This document shows positions 17,696-26,318 of a stretch of DNA of 32,000 nt, piece by piece. Source of the DNA: Cereibacter sphaeroides 2.4.1. GTDB lineage: Bacteria; Pseudomonadota; Alphaproteobacteria; Rhodobacterales; Rhodobacteraceae. The stretch spans positions 780,001 to 812,000 of the forward strand of contig NC_007493.2 in the NCBI RefSeq assembly GCF_000012905.2, written 5' to 3'. Position numbers and translations under genes: made by a program. The number at the start of each line of letters is the position of its first letter. The stretch's first letter is position 1. The notes below the pieces were generated by a model. It made no database searches. It saw only the letters and a list, made by a program, of their open reading frames with translations, and was not told the origin of the DNA.

Positions 17696-18043
17696 ATGAC
17701 CGAGGCCGACCCGATCGCCGTGCCCTCGGGCCAGGCGGTGACGCTGATCGACACGATCTGGAACGAGCCGGGCCCGGCGGGCCTGACCTTCCGCTTCCGC
17801 TTCCTCACACCCGGCATCGCGGCCGGAGGGGGAGTGGATTACGATACGGCCTTTGCCGACATGGTGGCCCTGTGCGAGAGCTACGTCCTGCCCCGGGTTG
17901 CCGAAGTGGTTCCGCCGCCCGTGCAGGTCATCGTTTCCCTCTCGGACAGGCCGGTTCCCTTCGGCGAGGCCGACCCCGACGCCACGCAATACTTCGAGGC
18001 CTTCAGCATCCGGGATGGCCACTGCATCTGGGAGGCTTTCTGA
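17696..18043 (+). CDS. Conserved hypothetical protein, 115 aa, no signal peptide
   Basis: GGAGGGG lies about 9 nt upstream of the ATG, and GC3 is very high throughout. The sequence VPSGQAVTLIDTIW...LTFRFRFLTPGI...LCESYVLPRV...VIVSLSDRPVPFGEADPDATQYFEAFSIRDGHCIWEAF looks like an ordered small domain. I cannot assign a family with certainty. Confidence 0.65.
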   Translation: MTEADPIAVPSGQAVTLIDTIWNEPGPAGLTFRFRFLTPGIAAGGGVDYDTAFADMVALCESYVLPRVAEVVPPPVQVIVSLSDRPVPFGEADPDATQYFEAFSIRDGHCIWEAF

Positions 18044-18257
18044 TGGCAACACCACCTATTGTGGCCCGGCCCCAAATTTCGGGGTTGGCTGATGTAGAAG
18101 AGTCACAGGACAAGGCTTTGAAACGCATGATGTGTCAATCGCTTGGGGGATCAGATACGATGCTGGACGACCGAACCCAAGCGGTCTATGCCTCGCAGGA
18201 AGTCCACGTTGAGGAAGGTTCCTCAGCGTCGGCTTGCAATAAAAAATGGAGTAGAGG

Positions 18258-18392
18258 ATGTCGAAGAGCACTGTCGTTTTCGCGCTGTGCATGGTTGCTT
18301 TCGTGGCTGCCTGCGCGAAGAAAGAAGAAGCCGTGTACGTTGAACAGCCGGCCGTCACGACCGAGCCGGTCTACACGGGCAAATACAAGTAA
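18258..18392 (+). CDS. 44-aa predicted lipoprotein (not in the supplied ORF track)
   Basis: GGAGTAGAGG lies directly upstream of the ATG. The product is MSKSTVVFALCMVAFVAACAKKEEAVYVEQPAVTTEPVYTGKYK*, with a basic n-region, a hydrophobic h-region and the lipobox V-A-A-C. Confidence 0.6.
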   Translation: MSKSTVVFALCMVAFVAACAKKEEAVYVEQPAVTTEPVYTGKYK

Positions 18393-18464
18393 TCGGCCCG
18401 GGCGGGCCGTCGAGTCTCTCCGGCCCGCCTACCCCTTCGCCCTCCGGATCCGGGAGGGCGCGCC

Positions 18465-18863
18465 ATGCTGAAGCACCGCGGCTTCCCGAGCCGGCTTCCG
18501 GGCACCGACCTCCAATATACGATCCGCCGCGCCAACAAGGAGGGCGCCACGCGCATCATCCGGCGCGAGCGCTACCGTGACCGCAAGGCCGTCGATCGCG
18601 CGGCCGATGCGGGCTTCCTCGCGGCCCTCTGGGCGCATTTCGGCGAGGAGCCGTTCGAGCGCGGCAACCTCGACGCGGGCCGCCTGTCGTGGCTCTTCGG
18701 CCGCGAGGTCGTGGCGGCCGAGGATCCGTTCGATCCTGAATCCTACGACGCCCTGTTGCGGATCGACCGCCGCAAGGCCGAGGCCGCCTTTCCCGAAGTC
18801 TTCGCTCCCGATGCGCCGCCGGCGGCCTTCGAGGACGATTGGGACGACGCGGACGAGGACTAG
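18465..18863 (+). CDS. Hypothetical protein, 132 aa, with a basic N-terminal third and a strongly acidic C-terminus
   Basis: GGGAGGG lies 6 nt upstream and GC3 is high. The N-terminus (TIRRANKEGATRIIRRERYRDRKAVDR) is basic and the C-terminus (FEDDWDDADED) is acidic. I recognise no known motif. Confidence 0.6.
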   Translation: MLKHRGFPSRLPGTDLQYTIRRANKEGATRIIRRERYRDRKAVDRAADAGFLAALWAHFGEEPFERGNLDAGRLSWLFGREVVAAEDPFDPESYDALLRIDRRKAEAAFPEVFAPDAPPAAFEDDWDDADED

Positions 18864-19079
18864 GCATGGACTCGCGCAAGCATCTGCTCCTGCGGCCGGA
18901 TTTCGCGCATCGCGAAATGCACGCCCACTTGGCCTTTGTCTGCCCGCCGGATGCGCCCCATGTTGAAGAAGCGGAAGCCCCCGCCTCGGCGGGGCACCTT
19001 CCGCAGTCTTGCGACCCTTCCCTTTCCTTCCGGTCCGGCGCGTCTCGCACCGGGCCGGCCTTTTGCCGGTGTGAGCGGC

Positions 19080-19118
19080 AATCGGCCGAACCTGCCCCCC
19101 GGCCGATTTTCGGCTTTT
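19080..19118 (+). terminator. Rho-independent terminator with no annotated gene immediately upstream
   Basis: aatcggccg-N11-cggccgatt is a perfect 9-bp stem followed by TTCGGCTTTTCC. It lies 217 nt after the nearest upstream stop (18863) and 58 nt before the next start (19177). Confidence 0.55.
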
Positions 19119-19176
19119 CCGCGTCGCCGGTTGCGGTAATCCTCGGCTCCGACAAAACAGAAACCGGAGGCAGAGC

Positions 19177-19404
19177 ATGTCCAACATCACGAAATTCCTT
19201 CTTCTCGGGGCCATCGCCGCGACCGTCTCGGCCTGCGACACGGCGACCGGCCGCGCCGGTGGCGGCGCGCTTGCAGGCGCTGCTCTCGCCGATGCGACCG
19301 ACGAGAACATGGTGGCCGGTGCCGCTCTCGGCGCCCTCGCGGGCGCTGCCAGCTGCGGCGTGGCGGGCCTGCCGCCCTGCCGCTCGGGCGGCAACTACTA
19401 CTGA
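19177..19404 (+). CDS. 75-aa lipoprotein with a Gly/Ala-rich (glycine-zipper-like) mature region
   Basis: GGAGG lies 6 nt upstream. The signal peptide is MSNITKFLLLGAIAATVSAC with lipobox V-S-A-C. The mature part is GRAGGGALAGAALADATDENMVAGAALGALAGAASCG. Confidence 0.7.
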   Translation: MSNITKFLLLGAIAATVSACDTATGRAGGGALAGAALADATDENMVAGAALGALAGAASCGVAGLPPCRSGGNYY

Positions 19405-19510
19405 GGCCGGCGCCGCTCCCGCGGCGCTGATCGCAGGCTGCGGCACCGCTCTGGCGGCGTCGAGCACCCATTTCCGCGCCGCTTCGGCCGCGCAGACCAG
19501 TGCATCTCAG

Positions 19511-19550
19511 GGACCGTCCGGGCTTTGGCCCGGGCGGTCCTTTTCGTTTT
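19511..19550 (+). terminator. Canonical intrinsic terminator directly upstream of pccA
   Basis: ggaccgtccgggc-TTTG-gcccgggcggtcc forms 13 bp (one G.U) followed by TTTTCGTTTT. The T-tract ends 36 nt before the pccA ATG at 19587. Confidence 0.7.
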
Positions 19551-19586
19551 CGCGCCTTGCCGCGCGCTGCTGACAAAGGGACGATG

Positions 19587-21587
<2,001 letters not shown>

Positions 21588-21588
21588 G

Positions 21589-22032
21589 CTACCGGCCGGC
21601 CGGGTTCCTCTCGAGCAGTTCGTCCCGTCGCAGGGGGAACTTGTCGATGGCCCGGCCGATCTCGCGCACGTCCCAGGGCAGGGGCTTGCGCAGCTTCACC
21701 TGCCCGTCCTTGTCGAGGATCACGAGCGAGAAGCCGCGGGGATGCAGCGTCCTGCGGATCTCGGACGGATCGTCGGGGCTGGTGTCGAAGATCACGATCA
21801 CGTCGCGCTCGTCCAGAAAGTCCAGGCGGGCCGCGATCATCTCCATCTGCCGGATGAAGTTCGGATCGGCCTCGGTGTCGGCGAAGACCACCACCGGCCG
21901 TTTCGCCCACAGGAACTGTGCGAGCGTGAACCCATGGGCCTCGACCGGCCCCGGCCCTTCGGGGGCTGGGGTCTCCGCGAGGGCGGACAGGGGTAGAAAC
22001 GCTGCAAGAGCAAGAATTTGAAGGGGTTTCAT
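21589..22032 (-). CDS. Secreted DUF4174-like protein
   Basis: Start at ATG 22032 gives the signal peptide MKPLQILALAAFLPLSALA/ET. The pattern WAKRPVVVFAD...ERDVIVIF...FSLVILDKDGQVKLR...IDKFPLRRDE fits the DUF4174 pattern as I recall it. The stop is 1 nt from the pccA stop (convergent genes). Confidence 0.7.
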   Translation of the reverse strand: MKPLQILALAAFLPLSALAETPAPEGPGPVEAHGFTLAQFLWAKRPVVVFADTEADPNFIRQMEMIAARLDFLDERDVIVIFDTSPDDPSEIRRTLHPRGFSLVILDKDGQVKLRKPLPWDVREIGRAIDKFPLRRDELLERNPAGR

Positions 22033-22123
22033 GCGGCCTCCCGTCCTCATATAGGCCGGCACCCGCCGAAACCCAAGTCTCACGCGTGGCCCCGCGCCCG
22101 CGGTCAGTAAGAGGGAAGAGCCG

Positions 22124-24253
22124 ATGACCGAAGATCTCGATGCGTGGCGCAAGCTCGCCGAGAAGGAGCTGAAGGGCAAGAGCCCCGACAGCCTGACCTG
22201 GAACACGCTGGAGGGCATTCCGGTCAAGCCGCTCTATACCAGGGCCGATCTTGCGGGGATGGAGCATCTCGACGGGCTGCCCGGGGTCGCGCCCTTCACC
22301 CGCGGCGTGCGCGCCACGATGTATGCGGGCCGCCCCTGGACGATCCGGCAATATGCGGGCTTCTCGACCGCCGAGGCCTCGAACGCCTTCTACCGCAAGG
22401 CGCTGGCCGCGGGGCAGCAGGGCGTCTCGGTGGCCTTCGACCTTGCGACCCACCGCGGCTACGACAGCGACCATCCGCGCGTGGTGGGCGACGTGGGCAA
22501 GGCGGGCGTGGCCATCGACTCGATCGAGGACATGAAGATCCTGTTCAACGGCATCCCGCTCGAGAAGATCTCGGTCTCGATGACGATGAACGGCGCGGTG
22601 ATCCCGATCCTCGCCAATTTCATCGTGACCGGCGAGGAGCAGGGCGTGCCGCGGGCCGCGCTGTCGGGCACGATCCAGAACGACATCCTCAAGGAGTTCA
22701 TGGTCCGCAACACCTACATCTATCCGCCCGAGCCCTCGATGCGGATCATTGCGGACATCATCGAATATACCTCGAAGGAGATGCCGAAGTTCAACTCGAT
22801 CTCGATCTCCGGCTATCACATGCAGGAGGCGGGGGCGAACCTCGTGCAGGAGCTGGCCTATACGCTGGCCGACGGGCGCGAATATGTCCGCGCGGCGCTG
22901 GCGCGCGGCATGAATGTGGACGATTTCGCCGGGCGCCTCAGCTTCTTCTTCGCCATCGGCATGAACTTCTTCATGGAAGCCGCGAAGCTCCGCGCGGCGC
23001 GGCTTCTGTGGCACCGGATCATGTCCGAATTCGCGCCGAAGAAGCCCGGCAGCCTGATGCTGCGCACCCACTGCCAGACCTCGGGCGTGAGCCTGCAGGA
23101 GCAGGACCCCTACAACAACGTCATCCGCACCGCTTACGAGGCGATGTCGGCGGCGCTCGGCGGCACCCAGTCGCTGCATACCAACGCGCTCGACGAGGCC
23201 ATCGCGCTGCCCACCGAATTCTCGGCCCGGATCGCTCGGAACACCCAGATCATCCTGCAGGAAGAGACGGGCGTGACCAGGGTCGTCGATCCGCTGGCGG
23301 GCTCCTACTATGTCGAAAGCCTGACCGCCGAGCTTGCGGAAAAGGCCTGGGCGCTCATCGAGGAGGTCGAGGCCATGGGCGGCATGACCAAGGCCGTGGC
23401 CTCGGGGATGCCGAAGCTCCGGATCGAGGAATCGGCCGCCCGCCGGCAGGCCGCCATCGACCGCGGCGAGGATGTGATCGTCGGCGTGAACAAGTATCGG
23501 CTGGCCAAGGAAGATCCGATCGAGATCCTCGACATCGACAACGTGGCCGTCCGCGACGCGCAGATCGCGCGGCTGGAGAAGATGCGCGCCACCCGTGACG
23601 AGGCCGCCTGCCAGGCGGCGCTCGACGAACTGACCCGCCGCGCCGCCGAGGGCGGCAACCTGCTCGAAGCCGCGGTGGATGCCTCGCGCGCCCGCGCCTC
23701 TGTCGGAGAGATCAGCATGGCCATGGAGAAGGTGTTCGGCCGCCACCGTGCGGAAGTGAAGACGCTCTCGGGTGTCTATGGCGCGGCCTACGAGGGCGAC
23801 GACGGCTTCGCGCAGATCCAGCGCGACGTCGAGAGCTTCGCCGAGGAAGAGGGCCGCCGGCCCCGGATGCTGGTGGTGAAGATGGGGCAGGACGGCCACG
23901 ACCGCGGCGCCAAGGTGATCGCCACCGCCTTCGCCGACATCGGCTTCGACGTCGATGTGGGCACCCTGTTCCAGACGCCCGAGGAGGCGGCGCAGGACGC
24001 CATCGACAATGACGTCCATGTGGTGGGCATCTCCTCGCTGGCCGCGGGCCACAAGACCCTCGCGCCGAAGCTGATTGAGGCGCTGAAGGAGAAGGGCGCG
24101 GGCGAGATCCTCGTGATCTGCGGCGGCGTGATCCCGCAGCAGGATTACGACTTCCTGCAGCAGGCGGGGGTGAAGGCCATCTTCGGCCCCGGTACCAACA
24201 TCCCCTCGGCGGCCAAGCACATCCTCGACCTGATCCGCGAGGCCCGCAGCTGA
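22124..24253 (+). CDS. scpA: Methylmalonyl-CoA mutase, single-chain (substrate-binding barrel plus C-terminal B12-binding domain)
   Basis: 709 aa with GAGGGA 7 nt upstream. Motifs are [39 protein letters not shown] and [17 protein letters not shown]. The C-terminal cobalamin-binding region reads [25 protein letters not shown]. Confidence 0.95.
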   Translation: MTEDLDAWRKLAEKELKGKSPDSLTWNTLEGIPVKPLYTRADLAGMEHLDGLPGVAPFTRGVRATMYAGRPWTIRQYAGFSTAEASNAFYRKALAAGQQGVSVAFDLATHRGYDSDHPRVVGDVGKAGVAIDSIEDMKILFNGIPLEKISVSMTMNGAVIPILANFIVTGEEQGVPRAALSGTIQNDILKEFMVRNTYIYPPEPSMRIIADIIEYTSKEMPKFNSISISGYHMQEAGANLVQELAYTLADGREYVRAALARGMNVDDFAGRLSFFFAIGMNFFMEAAKLRAARLLWHRIMSEFAPKKPGSLMLRTHCQTSGVSLQEQDPYNNVIRTAYEAMSAALGGTQSLHTNALDEAIALPTEFSARIARNTQIILQEETGVTRVVDPLAGSYYVESLTAELAEKAWALIEEVEAMGGMTKAVASGMPKLRIEESAARRQAAIDRGEDVIVGVNKYRLAKEDPIEILDIDNVAVRDAQIARLEKMRATRDEAACQAALDELTRRAAEGGNLLEAAVDASRARASVGEISMAMEKVFGRHRAEVKTLSGVYGAAYEGDDGFAQIQRDVESFAEEEGRRPRMLVVKMGQDGHDRGAKVIATAFADIGFDVDVGTLFQTPEEAAQDAIDNDVHVVGISSLAAGHKTLAPKLIEALKEKGAGEILVICGGVIPQQDYDFLQQAGVKAIFGPGTNIPSAAKHILDLIREARS

Positions 24254-24257
24254 CCCG

Positions 24258-24290
24258 ACCGGCGCCGCCCGACCCCCGGGCGGCGCCGGT
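24258..24290 (+). terminator. Stem-loop terminator after the mutase gene
   Basis: accggcgccgcccg-ACCCC-cgggcggcgccggt is a perfect 14-bp stem starting 5 nt after the stop. It is followed by TGTCCCTT, a weak U-tract. Confidence 0.6.
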
Positions 24291-24518
24291 TGTCCCTTGC
24301 GGCCCCTGCGCAGGCGGGTCCCGCCCGCGTCCCTCCCGGACCCGGCGAGCCGAGGGCCGACCCCGGCACCGCGTCCCGCCCCTCACCGCGCTTTCACTCT
24401 GCCCAAATATCCCGGGGGTGCGGGGGCAGCGCCCCCGCGCGCGGTCTCCCCTCGCGCAGGCCCTGCCGAAACCGGGACGGAGGCCGCCCCGCCCGGACCA
24501 TCCGCCGCACCCCCATGT

Positions 24519-24552
24519 CGCCTTTCGCGGCGAAAGCGTCGTGTTCTTTTCC
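24519..24552 (+). terminator. Second terminator-like hairpin with a T-rich tail in the mutase-gcvT spacer
   Basis: cgc(c)tttcg-CGG-cgaaagcg forms 8 bp with one bulge, followed by TCGTGTTCTTTTCC. It lies about 40 nt upstream of the first glycine aptamer. Confidence 0.35.
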
Positions 24553-24590
24553 GCTGGACAGCCGCTTTGCCGCCGGGCTAGGTGAAAGCC

Positions 24591-24743
24591 ACAGGATCGG
24601 GAGAATCCGGGGGCGACCCCGGTGCCGAAGGAGCAACCGCCCCGGTAAACTCTCAGGCGCAAGGACCGTCCTGTTTCGAAGACTCTGGAGAGAGGCCGGA
24701 CGGCCCGCCGAAGGGATAACGATCTCAGGCGCAAGGGACAGAG
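24591..24743 (+). promoter_or_regulatory. Tandem glycine riboswitch (two aptamers) in the gcvT leader
   Basis: Aptamer 1 (24591-24674) has P1 acagga/tcctgt and the conserved blocks GGGAGAA, GCCGAAGGAGCAA and CTCTCAGGCGCAAGGAC. Aptamer 2 (24683-24743) has P1 ctctg/cagag and the blocks GGAGAG, GCCGAAGGGATAA and CTCAGGCGCAAGGGAC. It sits directly upstream of gcvTHP, the classic context. Confidence 0.88.
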
Positions 24744-24816
24744 GGGGCACTGCGGGACGGGGAACCGTCCATGCGGTGCCGCGCATTCCGCCGGCATCGG
24801 ACCGAAGGAGGGCGGC

Positions 24817-25950
24817 GTGAGCGACGAAACCCCAGGGCTGCGGCGACTGCCGCTGCATGATCTGCATGTCCGCCTCGGCGGCCGGTTGGTGCCCTTTGCC
24901 GGCTGGGAAATGCCGGTTCAATATCCTGCGGGCGTGATGAAGGAACATCTGCACACCCGCACTGCGGCCGGGCTCTTCGACGTGAGCCACATGGGACAGC
25001 TTGTCCTGCGGCCCCGGGGCGGGATGGCCGCGCTCGGCGCCGCCTTCGAGAGGCTGATGCCGGTCGATGTGCTGGGGCTGGCCGAGGGCCGCCAGCGCTA
25101 CGGGATCCTCACCAACGAGACCGGCGGCATCCGCGACGACCTCATGTTCGCCAACCGGGGCGACCATCTCTATGTCGTGGTCAATGCGGCCTGCGTGGCC
25201 GAGGACACGGCCCATCTCCGCGCGGCGCTGGGCGACGCGGCCGAGGTGGTGACGGTCGATGACCGCGGCCTCCTTGCCCTGCAGGGCCCCGCCGCCGAGG
25301 CGGTGCTGGCCTCGCTGGTTCCCGCCGCAGCGGCAATGCGCTTCATGGATGTGATCGCGGCCGACTGGCAGGGTGCCGAGCTCTGGATCTCGCGCTCGGG
25401 CTACACCGGCGAGGACGGGTTCGAGATCTCGGTCCCGGTCGAGGCGATCGCCGCCTTCGCCGAGGCGCTTCTCGCCCGCGAGGAGGTGGCCCCGATCGGG
25501 CTCGGCGCGCGCGACAGCCTGCGGCTCGAGGCCGGGCTCTGCCTCTACGGCCACGATATCGACACGACCACCTCGCCGGTCGAGGCGGGCCTTGCCTGGG
25601 CGATCCAGAAGGCCCGGCGGCCCGGCGGCGCCCGCGCGGGCGGCTTTGCCGGCGACCAGCGCATCCTCGCCGACCTCGAGGCGGGACCCGAGCGTCTGCG
25701 CGTGGGGCTCTCCCCGTCGGGCCGCGCGCCGATGCGCGAGGGCACCGAGCTTTTCACGCCCGACGGCACGCCCGTCGGCCGTGTCACGTCCGGCGGCTTC
25801 GGCCCCTCGGTCGAGGCGCCGATCGCCATGGGCTATGTGGCGACCTCCCACGCCGCCCCCGGTACGGCCCTCGTGGGCGAGGTGCGCGGCAAGCGCCTGC
25901 CCGTGACGGTTGTCGATCTTCCTTTCCGACCCTCCACCTACAAACGCTGA
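24817..25950 (+). CDS. gcvT: Glycine cleavage system aminomethyltransferase (T protein)
   Basis: 377 aa with a GTG start and AAGGAGGG 5 nt upstream. Motifs are TPLHDLH-like LPLHDLHVRLGGRLVPFAGWEMPVQY, GLFDVSHMGQ, SRSGYTGEDGFEIS and GARDSLRLEAGLCLYGHD. Confidence 0.95.
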   Translation: MSDETPGLRRLPLHDLHVRLGGRLVPFAGWEMPVQYPAGVMKEHLHTRTAAGLFDVSHMGQLVLRPRGGMAALGAAFERLMPVDVLGLAEGRQRYGILTNETGGIRDDLMFANRGDHLYVVVNAACVAEDTAHLRAALGDAAEVVTVDDRGLLALQGPAAEAVLASLVPAAAAMRFMDVIAADWQGAELWISRSGYTGEDGFEISVPVEAIAAFAEALLAREEVAPIGLGARDSLRLEAGLCLYGHDIDTTTSPVEAGLAWAIQKARRPGGARAGGFAGDQRILADLEAGPERLRVGLSPSGRAPMREGTELFTPDGTPVGRVTSGGFGPSVEAPIAMGYVATSHAAPGTALVGEVRGKRLPVTVVDLPFRPSTYKR

Positions 25951-25958
25951 GGCTGAAG

Positions 25959-26315
25959 ATGAAATACACCAAGGAGCATGAATGGCTGCGGGTCGAGGGC
26001 GACCTCGTCGTGGTCGGCATCACCGAACATGCGGCGACGCAGCTCGGCGATGTCGTGTTCATCGAGCTGCCCGAGATCGAGACCGTGGTCGCGGAGGGCG
26101 ACGAGGTGGCGGTGATCGAGAGCGTGAAGGCCGCCTCGGACATTTCGGCGCCGATGGACGGCGAGATCGTCGCGGTGAACGAGAAGCTCGTCGACAAGCC
26201 CGGCCTCGTCAACGACGACCCGATGGCCGCCTGGTTCTTCAAGATGAAGGTCGACGACCTCTCGGTGCTCGACGACTTCATGGACGAGGACGAATATCAG
26301 GATCTGATCGGCTGA
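25959..26315 (+). CDS. gcvH: Glycine cleavage system H protein (lipoyl carrier)
   Basis: 118 aa starting MKYTKEHEWLRVEGDLVVVGITEHAATQLGDVVFIELPE. The lipoyl-lysine motif is IESVKAASD. Confidence 0.95.
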   Translation: MKYTKEHEWLRVEGDLVVVGITEHAATQLGDVVFIELPEIETVVAEGDEVAVIESVKAASDISAPMDGEIVAVNEKLVDKPGLVNDDPMAAWFFKMKVDDLSVLDDFMDEDEYQDLIG

Positions 26316-26318
26316 ATC

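Noticed and set aside
17644-18471. A 275-aa plus-strand ORF spans the pccB-pccA interval. It includes an ATG at 18043 that overlaps the stop of the 115-aa gene as TGATG.
   Set aside because: It overlaps the well-supported 115-aa ORF out of frame. It then runs through the low-GC patch with no GC3 bias and through the mini-lipoprotein gene out of frame. The translation is low-complexity (RRKKKPCTLNSRPSRPSRSTR).
18839-19573. A 244-aa plus-strand ORF and a 73-aa minus-strand ORF (18860..19081) lie in the non-coding gap.
   Set aside because: The plus-strand ORF reads through a strong terminator, then through the 75-aa lipoprotein gene out of frame, and then through a second terminator. Both translations are R/P/S/A-rich, have no motifs and lack a Shine-Dalgarno sequence.
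21592-21603. The self-complementary CCGGCCGGCCGG at the pccA / DUF4174 junction was considered as a terminator.
   Set aside because: A 12-nt palindrome with no loop cannot form a stable hairpin, at best 4 bp. It also lies inside the minus-strand coding sequence.
24290-24820. ORFs of 176 aa and 94 aa lie on the plus strand in the mutase-gcvT spacer. A 361-aa and a 485-aa ORF lie on the minus strand.
   Set aside because: They overlap the terminator hairpins and both glycine aptamers. Their composition is extreme P/R/A/G. The region is better explained as structured non-coding leader and spacer.
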